A stretch of 64,000 nt of DNA from assembly GCA_009885085.1 (NCBI GenBank), contig VFLK01000009.1, positions 3,810-67,809 on the forward strand, in the 5' to 3' direction. The position numbers and the translations under genes were made by a program. Of the stretch, positions 37,858 to 47,359 are shown piece after piece (the stretch's first letter is position 1; each line of letters opens with the position of its first letter). This DNA is from Minisyncoccota bacterium (GTDB lineage Bacteria > Patescibacteriota > Microgenomatia > UBA1400 > PJMF01). The notes below the pieces were generated by a model. That model was not told the DNA's origin, did not search any database, and saw nothing but the letters and a program-made list of their open reading frames with translations.

Positions 37858-38766
37858 TTAAATGTTAACTTTTAAATTTTTAAGAGAAAATATTCCAAAA
37901 TTAACTCCACCGGCGCTTGATTCGATGATTTGAACTTTCCATTTATTCTCAAATTCTTTCATTTTTTCTTGAGTGTGCGTGATATCTAGCTCTAATAATA
38001 TTTCACCATTTTCTGAAAGTTGCCACTTAGCTTGAATTAAAAGTTTTCTAACCAAATCTAGGCCATCAATTCCTCCATTTAAGGCTAAATGTGGTTCAAA
38101 ATCTTTTACAGAATTGTCTAAGGTATTTATTCTAGTTGAGGGAATGTATGGAAGATTTGCAATAATTAAATCAATGTTGTTACTAGCGCCATCGAGTTTA
38201 TCTTGGCTCTTGTCGCCAATAAAATTAGTAAGCAAATCAGATTTGATGAAATTTATAGGTAGTGTCGGATCGACAAATTCCAAATTTTTTCTAGCTATTT
38301 CTAGTGCTTCTTGCGAAATATCTAAGCCAGTAATCTTAAAAGATATTCCTAATTTAGTTAAACTATTGGCCACACTAATTGCGATAGCTCCTGAGCCAGT
38401 ACCGACATCGACGATTTGGAGCGTTTGATGAAAATTGTAATTTTTAGTAAGTGCTTTAGATTTTTGAAATGCGAGTTCAGCGTGATCTGTAGATTTTTTA
38501 ATTGCTAGTTCAGCATGCTCTGCAGTCTTTTTAATTGCCAATTCAACCAACTCTTCAGACTTTTTAATTGCCAGTTCAACCAACTCCTCAGTTTCAATCC
38601 TTGGAATAAGTACTGCGGGTGATACATATAAATCTAAGCCAAGAAACTCAACGTGGCCGGTCAGATATTCCACAGGTGAATCAGTATTAAGTAATTTTTC
38701 TTGATCTATCCCAAACTTCATCAACTGGTTTTTTTCGTAAGGAGTGAGTATTCGCTTATTTATCAT
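37858..38766 (-). CDS. prmC: Release-factor glutamine N5-methyltransferase PrmC/HemK carrying an internal 4x 11-aa tandem-repeat insertion
   Basis: SAM motif VDVGTGSGAIAISVA and the N(L/P)PY motif IANLPYIP; an inserted ELVELAIKKSE x~4 repeat encoded by 33-nt tandem repeats at 38476-38607. Confidence 0.8.
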   Translation of the reverse strand: MINKRILTPYEKNQLMKFGIDQEKLLNTDSPVEYLTGHVEFLGLDLYVSPAVLIPRIETEELVELAIKKSEELVELAIKKTAEHAELAIKKSTDHAELAFQKSKALTKNYNFHQTLQIVDVGTGSGAIAISVANSLTKLGISFKITGLDISQEALEIARKNLEFVDPTLPINFIKSDLLTNFIGDKSQDKLDGASNNIDLIIANLPYIPSTRINTLDNSVKDFEPHLALNGGIDGLDLVRKLLIQAKWQLSENGEILLELDITHTQEKMKEFENKWKVQIIESSAGGVNFGIFSLKNLKVNI

Positions 38767-38893
38767 AAATTTATTTTGAGTTTAAACTACTACATTAAAT
38801 AGTACTTGTTTTTTTTGTAGTTTTGTACGAAGATAAAAAAGCATAAAAAATTGCAAAATTATTATTCATTATAACAATAGAAAGATATTACAA

Positions 38894-39706
38894 ATGCCGA
38901 AAACCGATTTAAGTTCTAAAAATTCATTTTCTTTTTCAAGTTTCACTAACTTTTTTTCAGAAAATTTTGTATTAATATTAATGGCTCTAGCCTTTTTATT
39001 TGGTGGATTCTTCTTAGGATCTATTTGGACAGAAAATAAAATGCTAAAAAGTGGATTCGGATCTGGTTCTGGAGTCGGCGCTGGTGCCGGTGCCGGTGCA
39101 GCAGATCCAGCAGCAGCAGCTCCAGCAGCTGATGCAAGAGATTTGACTATTCCTGGCCTAATAAGCAAGGGCAAAAAATTAGGAATAAAGGAGGCTGATC
39201 TTCAAACCTGTATCGATAGTGGCGAGATGGCCGCAAGAGTCACTGCTGATGCAGCTGGTGGTGCAGCCGGTGGTATCACAGGAACTCCTGGCACAGTAAT
39301 CGTCGTAAATGGTGTTCCAGCAGAATTAATTCCTGGAGCTTTGCCATACGAGCAAGTTAAACCAATGATTGATTTCTATGTAAATGGTGGCGCAATCGAT
39401 CCAGTTAAAAGTGGTCCAGTAGCAGGAATGCCAGCCGTAACAGATGCTGATCATTACAAAGGTAAATCAGGTGTTAAAATAGTTTTAGTTGAATACTCAG
39501 ATTATGAATGCCCATTCTGTGAGAGATTTCACCCAACTATGCTAAATGTAATGAAAGATTACAGTAAAGATGTTGCTTGGGTATTAAGAAGTTTCCCATT
39601 ATCATTCCATGCATCAGCTCAAAAGGCTGCTGAAGCTGCAGAATGTGTAGCTAAATTAAAGGGAAATGATGCCTTCTGGGAATATTCAGACGCATTATTT
39701 AACTAA
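38894..39706 (+). CDS. Membrane-anchored DsbA-like thiol:disulfide oxidoreductase
   Basis: N-terminal TM helix, Gly/Ala-rich linker (GSGSGVGAGAGAGAADPAAAAPAA), thioredoxin-fold CPFC active site (YSDYECPFCERFHP). Confidence 0.8.
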   Translation: MPKTDLSSKNSFSFSSFTNFFSENFVLILMALAFLFGGFFLGSIWTENKMLKSGFGSGSGVGAGAGAGAADPAAAAPAADARDLTIPGLISKGKKLGIKEADLQTCIDSGEMAARVTADAAGGAAGGITGTPGTVIVVNGVPAELIPGALPYEQVKPMIDFYVNGGAIDPVKSGPVAGMPAVTDADHYKGKSGVKIVLVEYSDYECPFCERFHPTMLNVMKDYSKDVAWVLRSFPLSFHASAQKAAEAAECVAKLKGNDAFWEYSDALFN

Positions 39707-39729
39707 ATTAACTAAAAATCAGGAGAGAT

Positions 39730-40161
39730 ATGAATCTTAAAGATCAGCTTGTCGAGGACATGAAGCAAGCAATGAGAGGTAAAGATACTGTTAAACTTGG
39801 AGTAATAAGATTCTTGCGTTCAGAAATCAAAAACTTTGAAATTGATAATGGAGAACAGGATGACAAAGGAGTAGTTAAAATTATAGCTTCTCAGACCAAA
39901 AAAATTAAGGATGCGCTGACGGATTTTAGAGCCGCAGGCAGAGCAGATTTGGTTTCTGAAGAAGAAGCAAAAGTTGCTATTCTAGAGTCATACTTGCCTC
40001 AGCAAATGAGCGATGATGACCTTAGAGCCTTAGTTTTAAAAATTGTTGATGATACTGATGACAAGAATATGGGCAAACTGATCGGAGCTGTAGTTAAAGC
40101 AGTGGATGGTAAGGCCGATGGCGGCAGAGTTTCTGCTATGGTCAAAGAGAAATTACAGTAA
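39730..40161 (+). CDS. GatB/YqeY domain protein
   Basis: MNLKDQLVEDMKQAMRGKDTVKLGVIRFLRSEIKN matches the YqeY N-terminus. Confidence 0.85.
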   Translation: MNLKDQLVEDMKQAMRGKDTVKLGVIRFLRSEIKNFEIDNGEQDDKGVVKIIASQTKKIKDALTDFRAAGRADLVSEEEAKVAILESYLPQQMSDDDLRALVLKIVDDTDDKNMGKLIGAVVKAVDGKADGGRVSAMVKEKLQ

Positions 40162-40184
40162 CACCAGTCTAATTCAAGTTTACT

Positions 40185-40829
40185 ATGAGAACTAAAACTA
40201 TAGGCGAAGCTCTAAAAGAAGAAAGGGTTAGTCATCGCCTTAGGATTGAGGATCTCTCCAAAAAAACTAGAATCAGGATCAACTATTTAGAAGCTCTCGA
40301 AGAAAATCGGTTTTCTGAATTACCCTCGACAACATTTGTTAAGGGTTACATCAAAACATACGCAAAGATTTTTGGATTTGATTACAAGCCTTTGATTGCA
40401 ATGCTTAGGCGTGATTATAAAGAAAGTGCTAAAGGCAGGCTGGTTCCTAGAGAGTTCATAAAACCTATTTTTAAAAGAAGATCGTCGAGTACATCTATTA
40501 CTTTGGTCGTAGTTATCTTGATTAGTGTTTTTTCAAGTCTAGTTGGTTACATTGGTTTTCAATGGCACAGCTTAAATAAGCCGCCAGAACTAACAGTCTC
40601 AAAACCAGGAGAGCAAGATATGGTTTCGTCTAAGGTTCTTGTTGAGGGAAAGACAGTTCCAGATGCAATTCTAGTTGTAAATGAGCAGCCTGTATCACTT
40701 CAACCTTCAGGAGAGTTCAAAACAGAAATCTTAATTCCAAATGAAGGAATTGCAATAATTACTATTGAGGCAAAGGATAGAAGAGGGAAAAGTAATGTTA
40801 TTCAACGCTCTGTAAATGTACAGTTTTAG
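40185..40829 (+). CDS. RodZ-like HTH (XRE-type) membrane protein
   Basis: N-terminal HTH (TIGEALKEERVSHRLRIEDLSKKTRIRINYLEALEENRFSELP) then a TM helix and an extracytoplasmic domain. Confidence 0.65.
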   Translation: MRTKTIGEALKEERVSHRLRIEDLSKKTRIRINYLEALEENRFSELPSTTFVKGYIKTYAKIFGFDYKPLIAMLRRDYKESAKGRLVPREFIKPIFKRRSSSTSITLVVVILISVFSSLVGYIGFQWHSLNKPPELTVSKPGEQDMVSSKVLVEGKTVPDAILVVNEQPVSLQPSGEFKTEILIPNEGIAIITIEAKDRRGKSNVIQRSVNVQF

Positions 40830-40886
40830 AGCAAACATCAAGAGAATGCTGTATGATTAAGATAGTTAAAGTAAAAAAAGGATAAT

Positions 40887-41165
40887 ATGGATATTTTACC
40901 AGTTGTTTTCGCAGTAGTATTGGTCGTTCTCACAATCGTGTTAAGCGTTGTTGGAGTTCAAGTCATAATGGTTCTGATCGAAATTAAAAGAACACTCAGA
41001 AAAGTCAATGATACTCTTGATGTTGTTGAAGATAAAATGCATGCAATTACTAGCCCATTTCAAAATCTTGGCGGTGCTCTTTCTGGAATTAAAACAGGGA
41101 TGCAATTTTTCGAGGCTTTCACAGTTTGGTTAGGCAATAAGGGCAAAAAAAAGGATGAAGAGTAG
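40887..41165 (+). CDS. DUF948-family small membrane protein
   Basis: One N-terminal TM helix followed by an amphipathic helix; pairs with a YtxH-like gene as in Firmicutes. Confidence 0.5.
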   Translation: MDILPVVFAVVLVVLTIVLSVVGVQVIMVLIEIKRTLRKVNDTLDVVEDKMHAITSPFQNLGGALSGIKTGMQFFEAFTVWLGNKGKKKDEE

Positions 41166-41544
41166 TCCAAAGGGGATTGAGCGAATGAATGATAGCGAAC
41201 ATAACAATTTCTCACTAGGATTTGTTGTTGGAGCTCTTGTTGGGGTGGCTGGATATTTTTTTACAAGAACTGAAGAAGGAAAAGAAATAAAGAAAAAAGT
41301 TGTTAATGAGTGGGGCACGATTAGAAAAAAACTGGAGGATGAGGGAGTGATTCCAGATGGTGGTAAAGACTTTTCAGATATTATCGTCAGTGTAAGAACC
41401 AAAATATACGATTTTCTAGGTGAAGAAGTTTTGAAGAAAAAAAGGAAGCCTGGAAGAAAAAGTTCAAAAACAAATTCAAATTCAAGTGAAGTTTCTATGG
41501 AATCTTCAACTAAAAAAAGAAAGCGAATGTTTAAGGGAATTTAA
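41155..41544 (+). CDS. YtxH-domain protein
   Basis: LGFVVGALVGVAGYFF helix plus a charged tail; overlaps the DUF948 gene by 11 nt. Confidence 0.5.
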   Translation: MKSSPKGIERMNDSEHNNFSLGFVVGALVGVAGYFFTRTEEGKEIKKKVVNEWGTIRKKLEDEGVIPDGGKDFSDIIVSVRTKIYDFLGEEVLKKKRKPGRKSSKTNSNSSEVSMESSTKKRKRMFKGI

Positions 41545-41826
41545 TCAAATTTAGCCAAAAACTATTTTCCAAGCGCCATCATGATCATTTGTTTGAAGGC
41601 ATCAAGAATGGCTTTTAGTGCTACAGCAATCCATCTAACAATGAATTTTATTGTGCCATCAGCAAGGTTAGTTGATCTTTTTTTGAACTCTGGAGAATTT
41701 ACAAAGTTTTGAAATCCTGGTGTTTGTTCATTTTGCATTTGCATAAGTTATTGGTAATTATAATGGGTGTTTTGTAATAAGGCAATGATTTATTATAATC
41801 TTAAGATAGATTATAATTCCACTTAT

Positions 41827-43785
41827 ATGAAACCAGATGAACTTAGAAATCTATACTTAAACTCATTCAAAAAGAATAGTCATCAAATCGTTCCATCTTC
41901 TTCGATGGTTCCTGAAAATGATCCAACTACGTTATTTACTGGATCTGGTATGCAACCAATGATGGAGTATTTACTTGGCGCAAAACATCCAAAAGGGACG
42001 AGAATTGTAGACAGTCAAAAATGTTTTAGATCTCAGGATATTGAAGAAGTTGGTGACAATAGACACACAACTTTTTTTGAAATGCTTGGGAACTGGTCTT
42101 TTGGAGATTATTTTAAAGAAGATCAGCTAAAATGGTTTTTTGAGTTTCTGACTAAAGATGTAGGACTAGATCCAAAAAAGCTTTTCATCACTGTTTTTAG
42201 AGGTAACGATAAGCTCGAGATAGGAAAAGACGTTGAATCAGTTGAAATTTGGAAGAAGATTTTTGCCACTGTTGGAATTGAAGCAAAAGATATTGATTTT
42301 TCGGAAAAAACAGGTTTGCAGAACGGCAGGATTTTTTATTATGACGAAACCAAAAACTGGTGGTCAAGAGCAGGTATTCCTGACAAGATGCCAGCCGGTG
42401 AGCCAGGCGGTCCAGACAGTGAGGTCTTCTACGATTTTGGAGCTGACAAAAAAATACACGAAAATTCTCAATTTAAAGATCAAGTTTGTCATGTAAACTG
42501 CGATTGCGGTCGATTCTTGGAGATTGGCAACAATGTCTTTATGCAGTTTCAAAAACAAGCAGACGGCAGTTTCAAAGAGCTTGCCCAGAAAAATGTTGAT
42601 TTTGGCGGAGGTTTTGAAAGAATTTTAGCTGTCAAAAATAATATTGACGATGTTTTTCAAACTGCTTTATTTGAGCCAATTATTGCATTTTTGGAGAAAA
42701 TTTCAGGTAAAAAATATTTAAAAAGCGATGCAACAAGTGGCACAGGAAAAACTGGCGCCCCAGACCGTGGCCTAGCTGGTGGCGCAGATCGAGGTAGCGC
42801 ACAAGGCGGAGCTGAAAAAACCAAACATTCATTCCGAGTGATTGCCGATCATATGCGCGCTGCAGTAATGTTAGCTGCCGATGGTGTTTATCCTTCTAAC
42901 AAAGAACAAGGATATTTTGCTAGAAGATTGGTTAGAAGATCGATTAGATATGCAAAAATGATCGGTATAGACCAGCTTTTTGTTGCCGATTTAGTTCCAG
43001 TAATTGTTGAAATCTACAGTAGCTCATATCCTGATGTGAATAAAAAGTTAGTTCAAATCCAAAATGCTTTGGCTCAAGAGGAAAATAAATTTGCAAAAAC
43101 CATAGAAAAAGGTCTTAAAGAGCTTGAAAAATATCAAGAAATGACACCGCCAGTAGCACTTGATGGCGCAATTGCTTTTAGATTGTATGAGACTCATGGT
43201 TTTCCTTTTGAGCTTACTCAAGAAATTGCTCAAGAAAAAGGTCAGAAAATAAGCCTGGAGGAATTTGAAAAAGCTAAGAAAAATCATGCAGACAAGTCTA
43301 GAGATGCCTCATCTGATAAGTTTAAAGGTGGTTTGCAAGATAGTAGCGTTCAAACCACAAAATATCATACGGCCACTCATTTGCTTCATGCAGCATTACG
43401 AAAAATGTTAGGAAAGCATGTTCAGCAAAAAGGTTCGAATATAACTGTAGATAGATTGAGATTTGATTTTTCACATCCTGAAGCACTTACTCAGGATGAA
43501 AAAATTCGTGTTCAAGATCAAATTAACGAATGGATAGATGCTGCTCTACCCGTTAAGGTCGAACATTTAAAGAAAAGTGATGCTTTGGAATCTGGAGCAA
43601 TTGCATTTTTTATTGAAAAATATCCTGATGAAGTTACGGTTTACACAATTGGAAATGGCGACGAATGGATTTCAAAAGAATTTTGTGGTGGTCCTCACGT
43701 CAAAAACACGTCTGAAATTGGTAAAATCGAAATCTTCAAGGAGAAGGCAGCCTCTGCCGGAGTTCGAAGACTTTATCTCAAATAA
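41827..43785 (+). CDS. alaS: Alanine--tRNA ligase (AlaS), short form lacking the C-Ala domain, with a GC-rich Gly/Ala-rich insertion
   Basis: HQIVPSSSMVPENDPTTLFTGSGMQPMMEYLLG class II motif region, editing-domain HTATHLLHAALRK...CGGPHV zinc motifs; the protein ends right after the editing domain; the ORF-track N-terminal extension is rejected in favour of the ATG at 41827. Confidence 0.9.
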   Translation: MKPDELRNLYLNSFKKNSHQIVPSSSMVPENDPTTLFTGSGMQPMMEYLLGAKHPKGTRIVDSQKCFRSQDIEEVGDNRHTTFFEMLGNWSFGDYFKEDQLKWFFEFLTKDVGLDPKKLFITVFRGNDKLEIGKDVESVEIWKKIFATVGIEAKDIDFSEKTGLQNGRIFYYDETKNWWSRAGIPDKMPAGEPGGPDSEVFYDFGADKKIHENSQFKDQVCHVNCDCGRFLEIGNNVFMQFQKQADGSFKELAQKNVDFGGGFERILAVKNNIDDVFQTALFEPIIAFLEKISGKKYLKSDATSGTGKTGAPDRGLAGGADRGSAQGGAEKTKHSFRVIADHMRAAVMLAADGVYPSNKEQGYFARRLVRRSIRYAKMIGIDQLFVADLVPVIVEIYSSSYPDVNKKLVQIQNALAQEENKFAKTIEKGLKELEKYQEMTPPVALDGAIAFRLYETHGFPFELTQEIAQEKGQKISLEEFEKAKKNHADKSRDASSDKFKGGLQDSSVQTTKYHTATHLLHAALRKMLGKHVQQKGSNITVDRLRFDFSHPEALTQDEKIRVQDQINEWIDAALPVKVEHLKKSDALESGAIAFFIEKYPDEVTVYTIGNGDEWISKEFCGGPHVKNTSEIGKIEIFKEKAASAGVRRLYLK

Positions 43786-43791
43786 CAAGTT

Positions 43792-43833
43792 GCTCTTCTA
43801 TTTTAGTCAATAATTTGCTTTAATTAAAGACAG
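43792..43833 (+). terminator. Imperfect hairpin + short T-tract; possible terminator after alaS
   Basis: agctcgattaatcgaagagct inverted repeat followed by gttttatttt. Confidence 0.3.
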
Positions 43834-43881
43834 TAAGCTCGATTAATCGAAGAGCTGTTTTATTTTAGTGGATTTAATTAT

Positions 43882-46215
43882 ATGGACTTGCCCAACCTAT
43901 TCTCAACAAATTCAGATAAAGAAACTCAAGTGATGACTATTTTCATTCATTTGACTGATATCAAAATTCAATCATTTTTGCTTTCAATTTCAGATGAGGG
44001 CGTTAAAATTTTGGGAAAATCTAGTGTTGCTGGATATGAGGGAGTTGATAATTGTCTGGTAAGAGTTGACGAAAGTTTGCAACAGCTTGGTAAAGAATCT
44101 GAAAAAGTCAGCTCAGTCATTTTTGGTCTAAATCATGCCTGGGTCAAAAAGGGTGAGGTTAATGAGGATAAAAATCCTTTATTAAAAAAGCTCACCGATG
44201 ATTTGGGTTTAAAGCCAATGGGTTTTATTGTAATTTCTGAGGCTCTTGTTCAACAAAAAATTTCTAACAACTCGATGTTCTCTGGAATAATTGCAGTTTT
44301 TAGCGAGAAGAATTTGACACTTTCATTAGTTCATCAAGGTAAGGTTAAATCTATAGAAACCGTGGGAAGATCATCTGACGGCAAAGGTGATTTTCTTGAG
44401 GGGTTAGCACGATTTTCAGCTAAATCGGAAAAAGACGGTTATTATTTACCATCAAAAATAATTATTGCCTCTCTCGATCTTGATGAAAAAGATCTTAAGA
44501 AACATCAACAATTTATTTATGATTCTGATTGGACTGCTCAAGCTCAGTTTTTACAACCTCCAACAGTGGAAATAGTTGCTCAAAAAGATTATGAAGAAAT
44601 GATCACTAAAGAAGCCGCCAAAGCAGTTGCTTTACAAAAAGGTATGACAAAAGCCGCCTTGGCTGTAATCGCAACCAGAGATTTAGGAGCCAAAGAACCA
44701 ACAGAACTTCATACAGACGAGCTTGGATTTAGTGAAGTTAATTCAGATTTAGATTCTGAATTAGAAACAGGGGATGAAACTATTGATGATGTAGCTGTTG
44801 CCCCAACTTCATTTGGAGTACCTATTTCTACAAAAGATTTTGATAAAGAGCTTACTTCAATTAGTGACAGAAACCTAAAAGAGCCAGATTTTGAGGAAGA
44901 TAGTGAGTTGGCTGTAGATTTTTCTGGTAAAGAGGCTGAGGTTGATGATCAAGATTACGGAGAAACAAAGCATATTTTTGATAAAAATAGATCTCAGGAT
45001 GATATTGGTGGAAAAATTGTTGCATCAAATAAAACAAAAAAACATTATAAAAATTTTAAACTTTATACTTTGGTTGGGTTCATCGCTGGTTTAATTGCTT
45101 TGTTAGTTATTGGTTTTTTTGGAATTACCAACTTAGCAGTTGCAAAGGTTAATGTAGGTCTAGAACCAATTTCAATTTCCAAAGATTTAACAATTACTTT
45201 GGATACCTCAATTTCAGAAACCGATAGCGAAAAACTAATTTTGGCTGCAAATAAGGTTTCTAGGACGGCAAAGTCTGAGAGTAGTATGCAAACTACAGGA
45301 GTGACAATCGTTGGCGAGAAAGCTAAGGGAAAAATAAAAATCTATAACAATTTAGTAGCAGCTGAAAAACTATTAACTAAGGGCACATTGTTAAGTGCGG
45401 GAGATGTAAAATTTGAACTCGATGATGACGTCACTGTTCCATCAGCAAGTTCTTCTAGGCCTGGACAGTTAGAACCAGGACAGATTGATGCCTCGGTGAC
45501 AGCAACAAAAATAGGAGCTGAAGGAAATATTGTAGAAGATACTGAGTTAGTAGTTTTGCCTTTTGATAAAAGCTCATACTACGCAGTCGTGATTGATGAT
45601 GACTTTGTTGGTGGTTCAAGCCGTGAAGTAAAGGTCGTTTCTGAGGCAGATAGAGTTGAGTTACTTGCCGATTTGAGGAAGGAGATTATTGAAGAAATTA
45701 ATAAAGGGTTCCAGGATGATTCTGGAAATGGTGTATATATTTTGCCATCTAAAAAAATTGTAGCTGAGGAAGTTAAATTTAATTTTGAAGTTGGGAATGA
45801 AGCAGAATCTTTATCACTTAATTTAACTTTAGAAATTGAAGCAATCAAGTATACCTCAGAAGATTTAAAACCACTGGCAACTAAAGTTTTAGCTTCAGAA
45901 ATACCTGAAAATTATAAGTTATCTGACGATGATCCTCAAATATTGTCTGCTCCAACCGAAAATGACCTAAAAACATTGGATACTACTAAGCCAGTAACTT
46001 TGTCTGCAAATATTAGTTCTTTTGCAATACCAGTAATTACAGAAGAGACAATCAAAGATCAAATTTTAGGAAAATCTGTTGAAGAAGCCAAATCATTACT
46101 TGAGGCAAAGGACGAAATCAAAACTGTAGAAATTACAATCGATCCTTCATTCGCTAGGTCTCTAGTTAAAAAAATACCTGGAAAATTGGAAAAAATAAAG
46201 GTCGAGTTTAAATGA
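43882..46215 (+). CDS. Large bitopic hypothetical protein (~390-aa cytoplasmic N-domain, 1 TM, ~360-aa extracytoplasmic C-domain) coupled to a sortase
   Basis: 777 aa; TM helix YTLVGFIAGLIALLVIGFFGI near residue 395; the N-domain has weak actin-like (FtsA/PilM-style) strand patterns without a canonical phosphate-binding Gly; its stop overlaps the sortase ATG (ATGA). Confidence 0.5.
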   Translation: MDLPNLFSTNSDKETQVMTIFIHLTDIKIQSFLLSISDEGVKILGKSSVAGYEGVDNCLVRVDESLQQLGKESEKVSSVIFGLNHAWVKKGEVNEDKNPLLKKLTDDLGLKPMGFIVISEALVQQKISNNSMFSGIIAVFSEKNLTLSLVHQGKVKSIETVGRSSDGKGDFLEGLARFSAKSEKDGYYLPSKIIIASLDLDEKDLKKHQQFIYDSDWTAQAQFLQPPTVEIVAQKDYEEMITKEAAKAVALQKGMTKAALAVIATRDLGAKEPTELHTDELGFSEVNSDLDSELETGDETIDDVAVAPTSFGVPISTKDFDKELTSISDRNLKEPDFEEDSELAVDFSGKEAEVDDQDYGETKHIFDKNRSQDDIGGKIVASNKTKKHYKNFKLYTLVGFIAGLIALLVIGFFGITNLAVAKVNVGLEPISISKDLTITLDTSISETDSEKLILAANKVSRTAKSESSMQTTGVTIVGEKAKGKIKIYNNLVAAEKLLTKGTLLSAGDVKFELDDDVTVPSASSSRPGQLEPGQIDASVTATKIGAEGNIVEDTELVVLPFDKSSYYAVVIDDDFVGGSSREVKVVSEADRVELLADLRKEIIEEINKGFQDDSGNGVYILPSKKIVAEEVKFNFEVGNEAESLSLNLTLEIEAIKYTSEDLKPLATKVLASEIPENYKLSDDDPQILSAPTENDLKTLDTTKPVTLSANISSFAIPVITEETIKDQILGKSVEEAKSLLEAKDEIKTVEITIDPSFARSLVKKIPGKLEKIKVEFK

Positions 46216-47153
46216 AAACGCAACCAAAGACCGTTGTAATGCAGAACGACATAATAGATCTTTATAGAAACGCTTTACGACAAGGAATTGAAATATCTCA
46301 AGTAGAAAAGAAAATTAACCATCATCTTAAGAGGTTGAGTGCAAGTGATAGTATCGAAAATCAAGAGGATGAGTTGAGGTCTGAAAACGAAATAAAACGA
46401 TTACCAAAAATTGTGAGAGTGGGTGCAATGTTGTTGCCAATTTTATTTTTGATAATTGGTTTTTATTTGGTAGGTAGCGCTGTGGTCCCGATTATTGGAT
46501 CATATATGATTGTTGCTAAAGATGTTCAGACTACTAATCTTACTTCTCCAGTGCCTCTAGATCAGGTAATGGATGTTACTCCTCTAGTAATCACGCAAAC
46601 TAACACCCCAGAAAAAGTTGATAGAGACCTGGAAATTATCAACGAAGAATTAGATTATACAAATCTGTCCAATTGGTTTAGTTCGTCAACACTGCCAGAA
46701 TTTGGTTTGCCAGAGCTAGACTACAACATCACTAAATATATGATTGATATTCCTAAACTAAAAATCAGTAACGCTATTGTTAGTGTTGGTGGTAATGATC
46801 TTAAGGAAAATCTCATTGCTTTTAAGGGCACTGCTTTACCTGGGAGTCCTGGTTCTCCAGTAATTTTTGGTCATTCGGTTCTTAGACAATTTTATAATCC
46901 GAGTGAGAAAAATCCTCGAAGATATAACTCTATTTTTAGCACTATCATGACCTTGGAAACTGGTGATAAAATATTTGTCACATCTGGGGGAGTGAAGTAT
47001 ACATACGCTGTTTCACTAAAGAAGGAAGTTAAACCTGAGGATGTGTACATTTTGACCCAGAAATATGATGCCAAGCAACTTAAATTAGTTACATGCACAC
47101 CTGAAGGAACTTATTTACGTCGTGGAGTTGTGACGGCTCAACTGATAGAATAA
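46212..47153 (+). CDS. Sortase-family transpeptidase
   Basis: N-terminal TM anchor; catalytic triad context VIFGHSVL (His), KLVTCTP (TLxTC Cys), YLRRGVV (Arg). Confidence 0.7.
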   Translation: MKTQPKTVVMQNDIIDLYRNALRQGIEISQVEKKINHHLKRLSASDSIENQEDELRSENEIKRLPKIVRVGAMLLPILFLIIGFYLVGSAVVPIIGSYMIVAKDVQTTNLTSPVPLDQVMDVTPLVITQTNTPEKVDRDLEIINEELDYTNLSNWFSSSTLPEFGLPELDYNITKYMIDIPKLKISNAIVSVGGNDLKENLIAFKGTALPGSPGSPVIFGHSVLRQFYNPSEKNPRRYNSIFSTIMTLETGDKIFVTSGGVKYTYAVSLKKEVKPEDVYILTQKYDAKQLKLVTCTPEGTYLRRGVVTAQLIE

Positions 47154-47193
47154 GGGAGGTTTCTTAAATTAAACATATAAATCTTTCACATTT

Positions 47194-47359
47194 GGACAAG
47201 CCAAAAGCGCTCAAGATTTACATGTTTAATTTAAATTTTTTTGTAAGAACTAAATGTAAAAGTTTTAGGTGGGACAAGCCCAAAAGGTTCGAAGTTTATA
47301 CTATATTTTTAAATTATTAAATTTAAAAAGCCAAAAATTGTTCGTAGTTCAAATATCTA
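47194..47359. repeat. Three imperfect ~30-bp direct repeats in the sortase-ruvX intergenic region
   Basis: ggacaagccaaaagcgctcaagatttacat (47194-47223), ggacaagcccaaaaggttcgaagtttatact (47272-47302), aaaagccaaaaattgttcgtagttcaaatatcta (47326-47359); spacing ~65-75 bp. Confidence 0.5.

Noticed and set aside
41767-41826. Upstream extension of alaS (MFCNKAMIYYNLKIDYNSTY...)
   Set aside because: The conserved AlaS N-terminus begins at the Met at 41827 (MKPDELRNLYLNSFKKNSHQIVPSSS). The extension is AT-rich leader sequence.
47272-47302. tRNA gene (GGTTCGAAG T-loop-like string)
   Set aside because: No acceptor-stem pairing, D-arm or anticodon stem could be built around it. No other intergenic region showed a convincing cloverleaf by eye. 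A tRNAscan run would be needed to be certain.
47194-47359. CRISPR array
   Set aside because: There are only three repeats, they are imperfect (~70% identity), and their spacing is irregular. No cas genes are present in the window.
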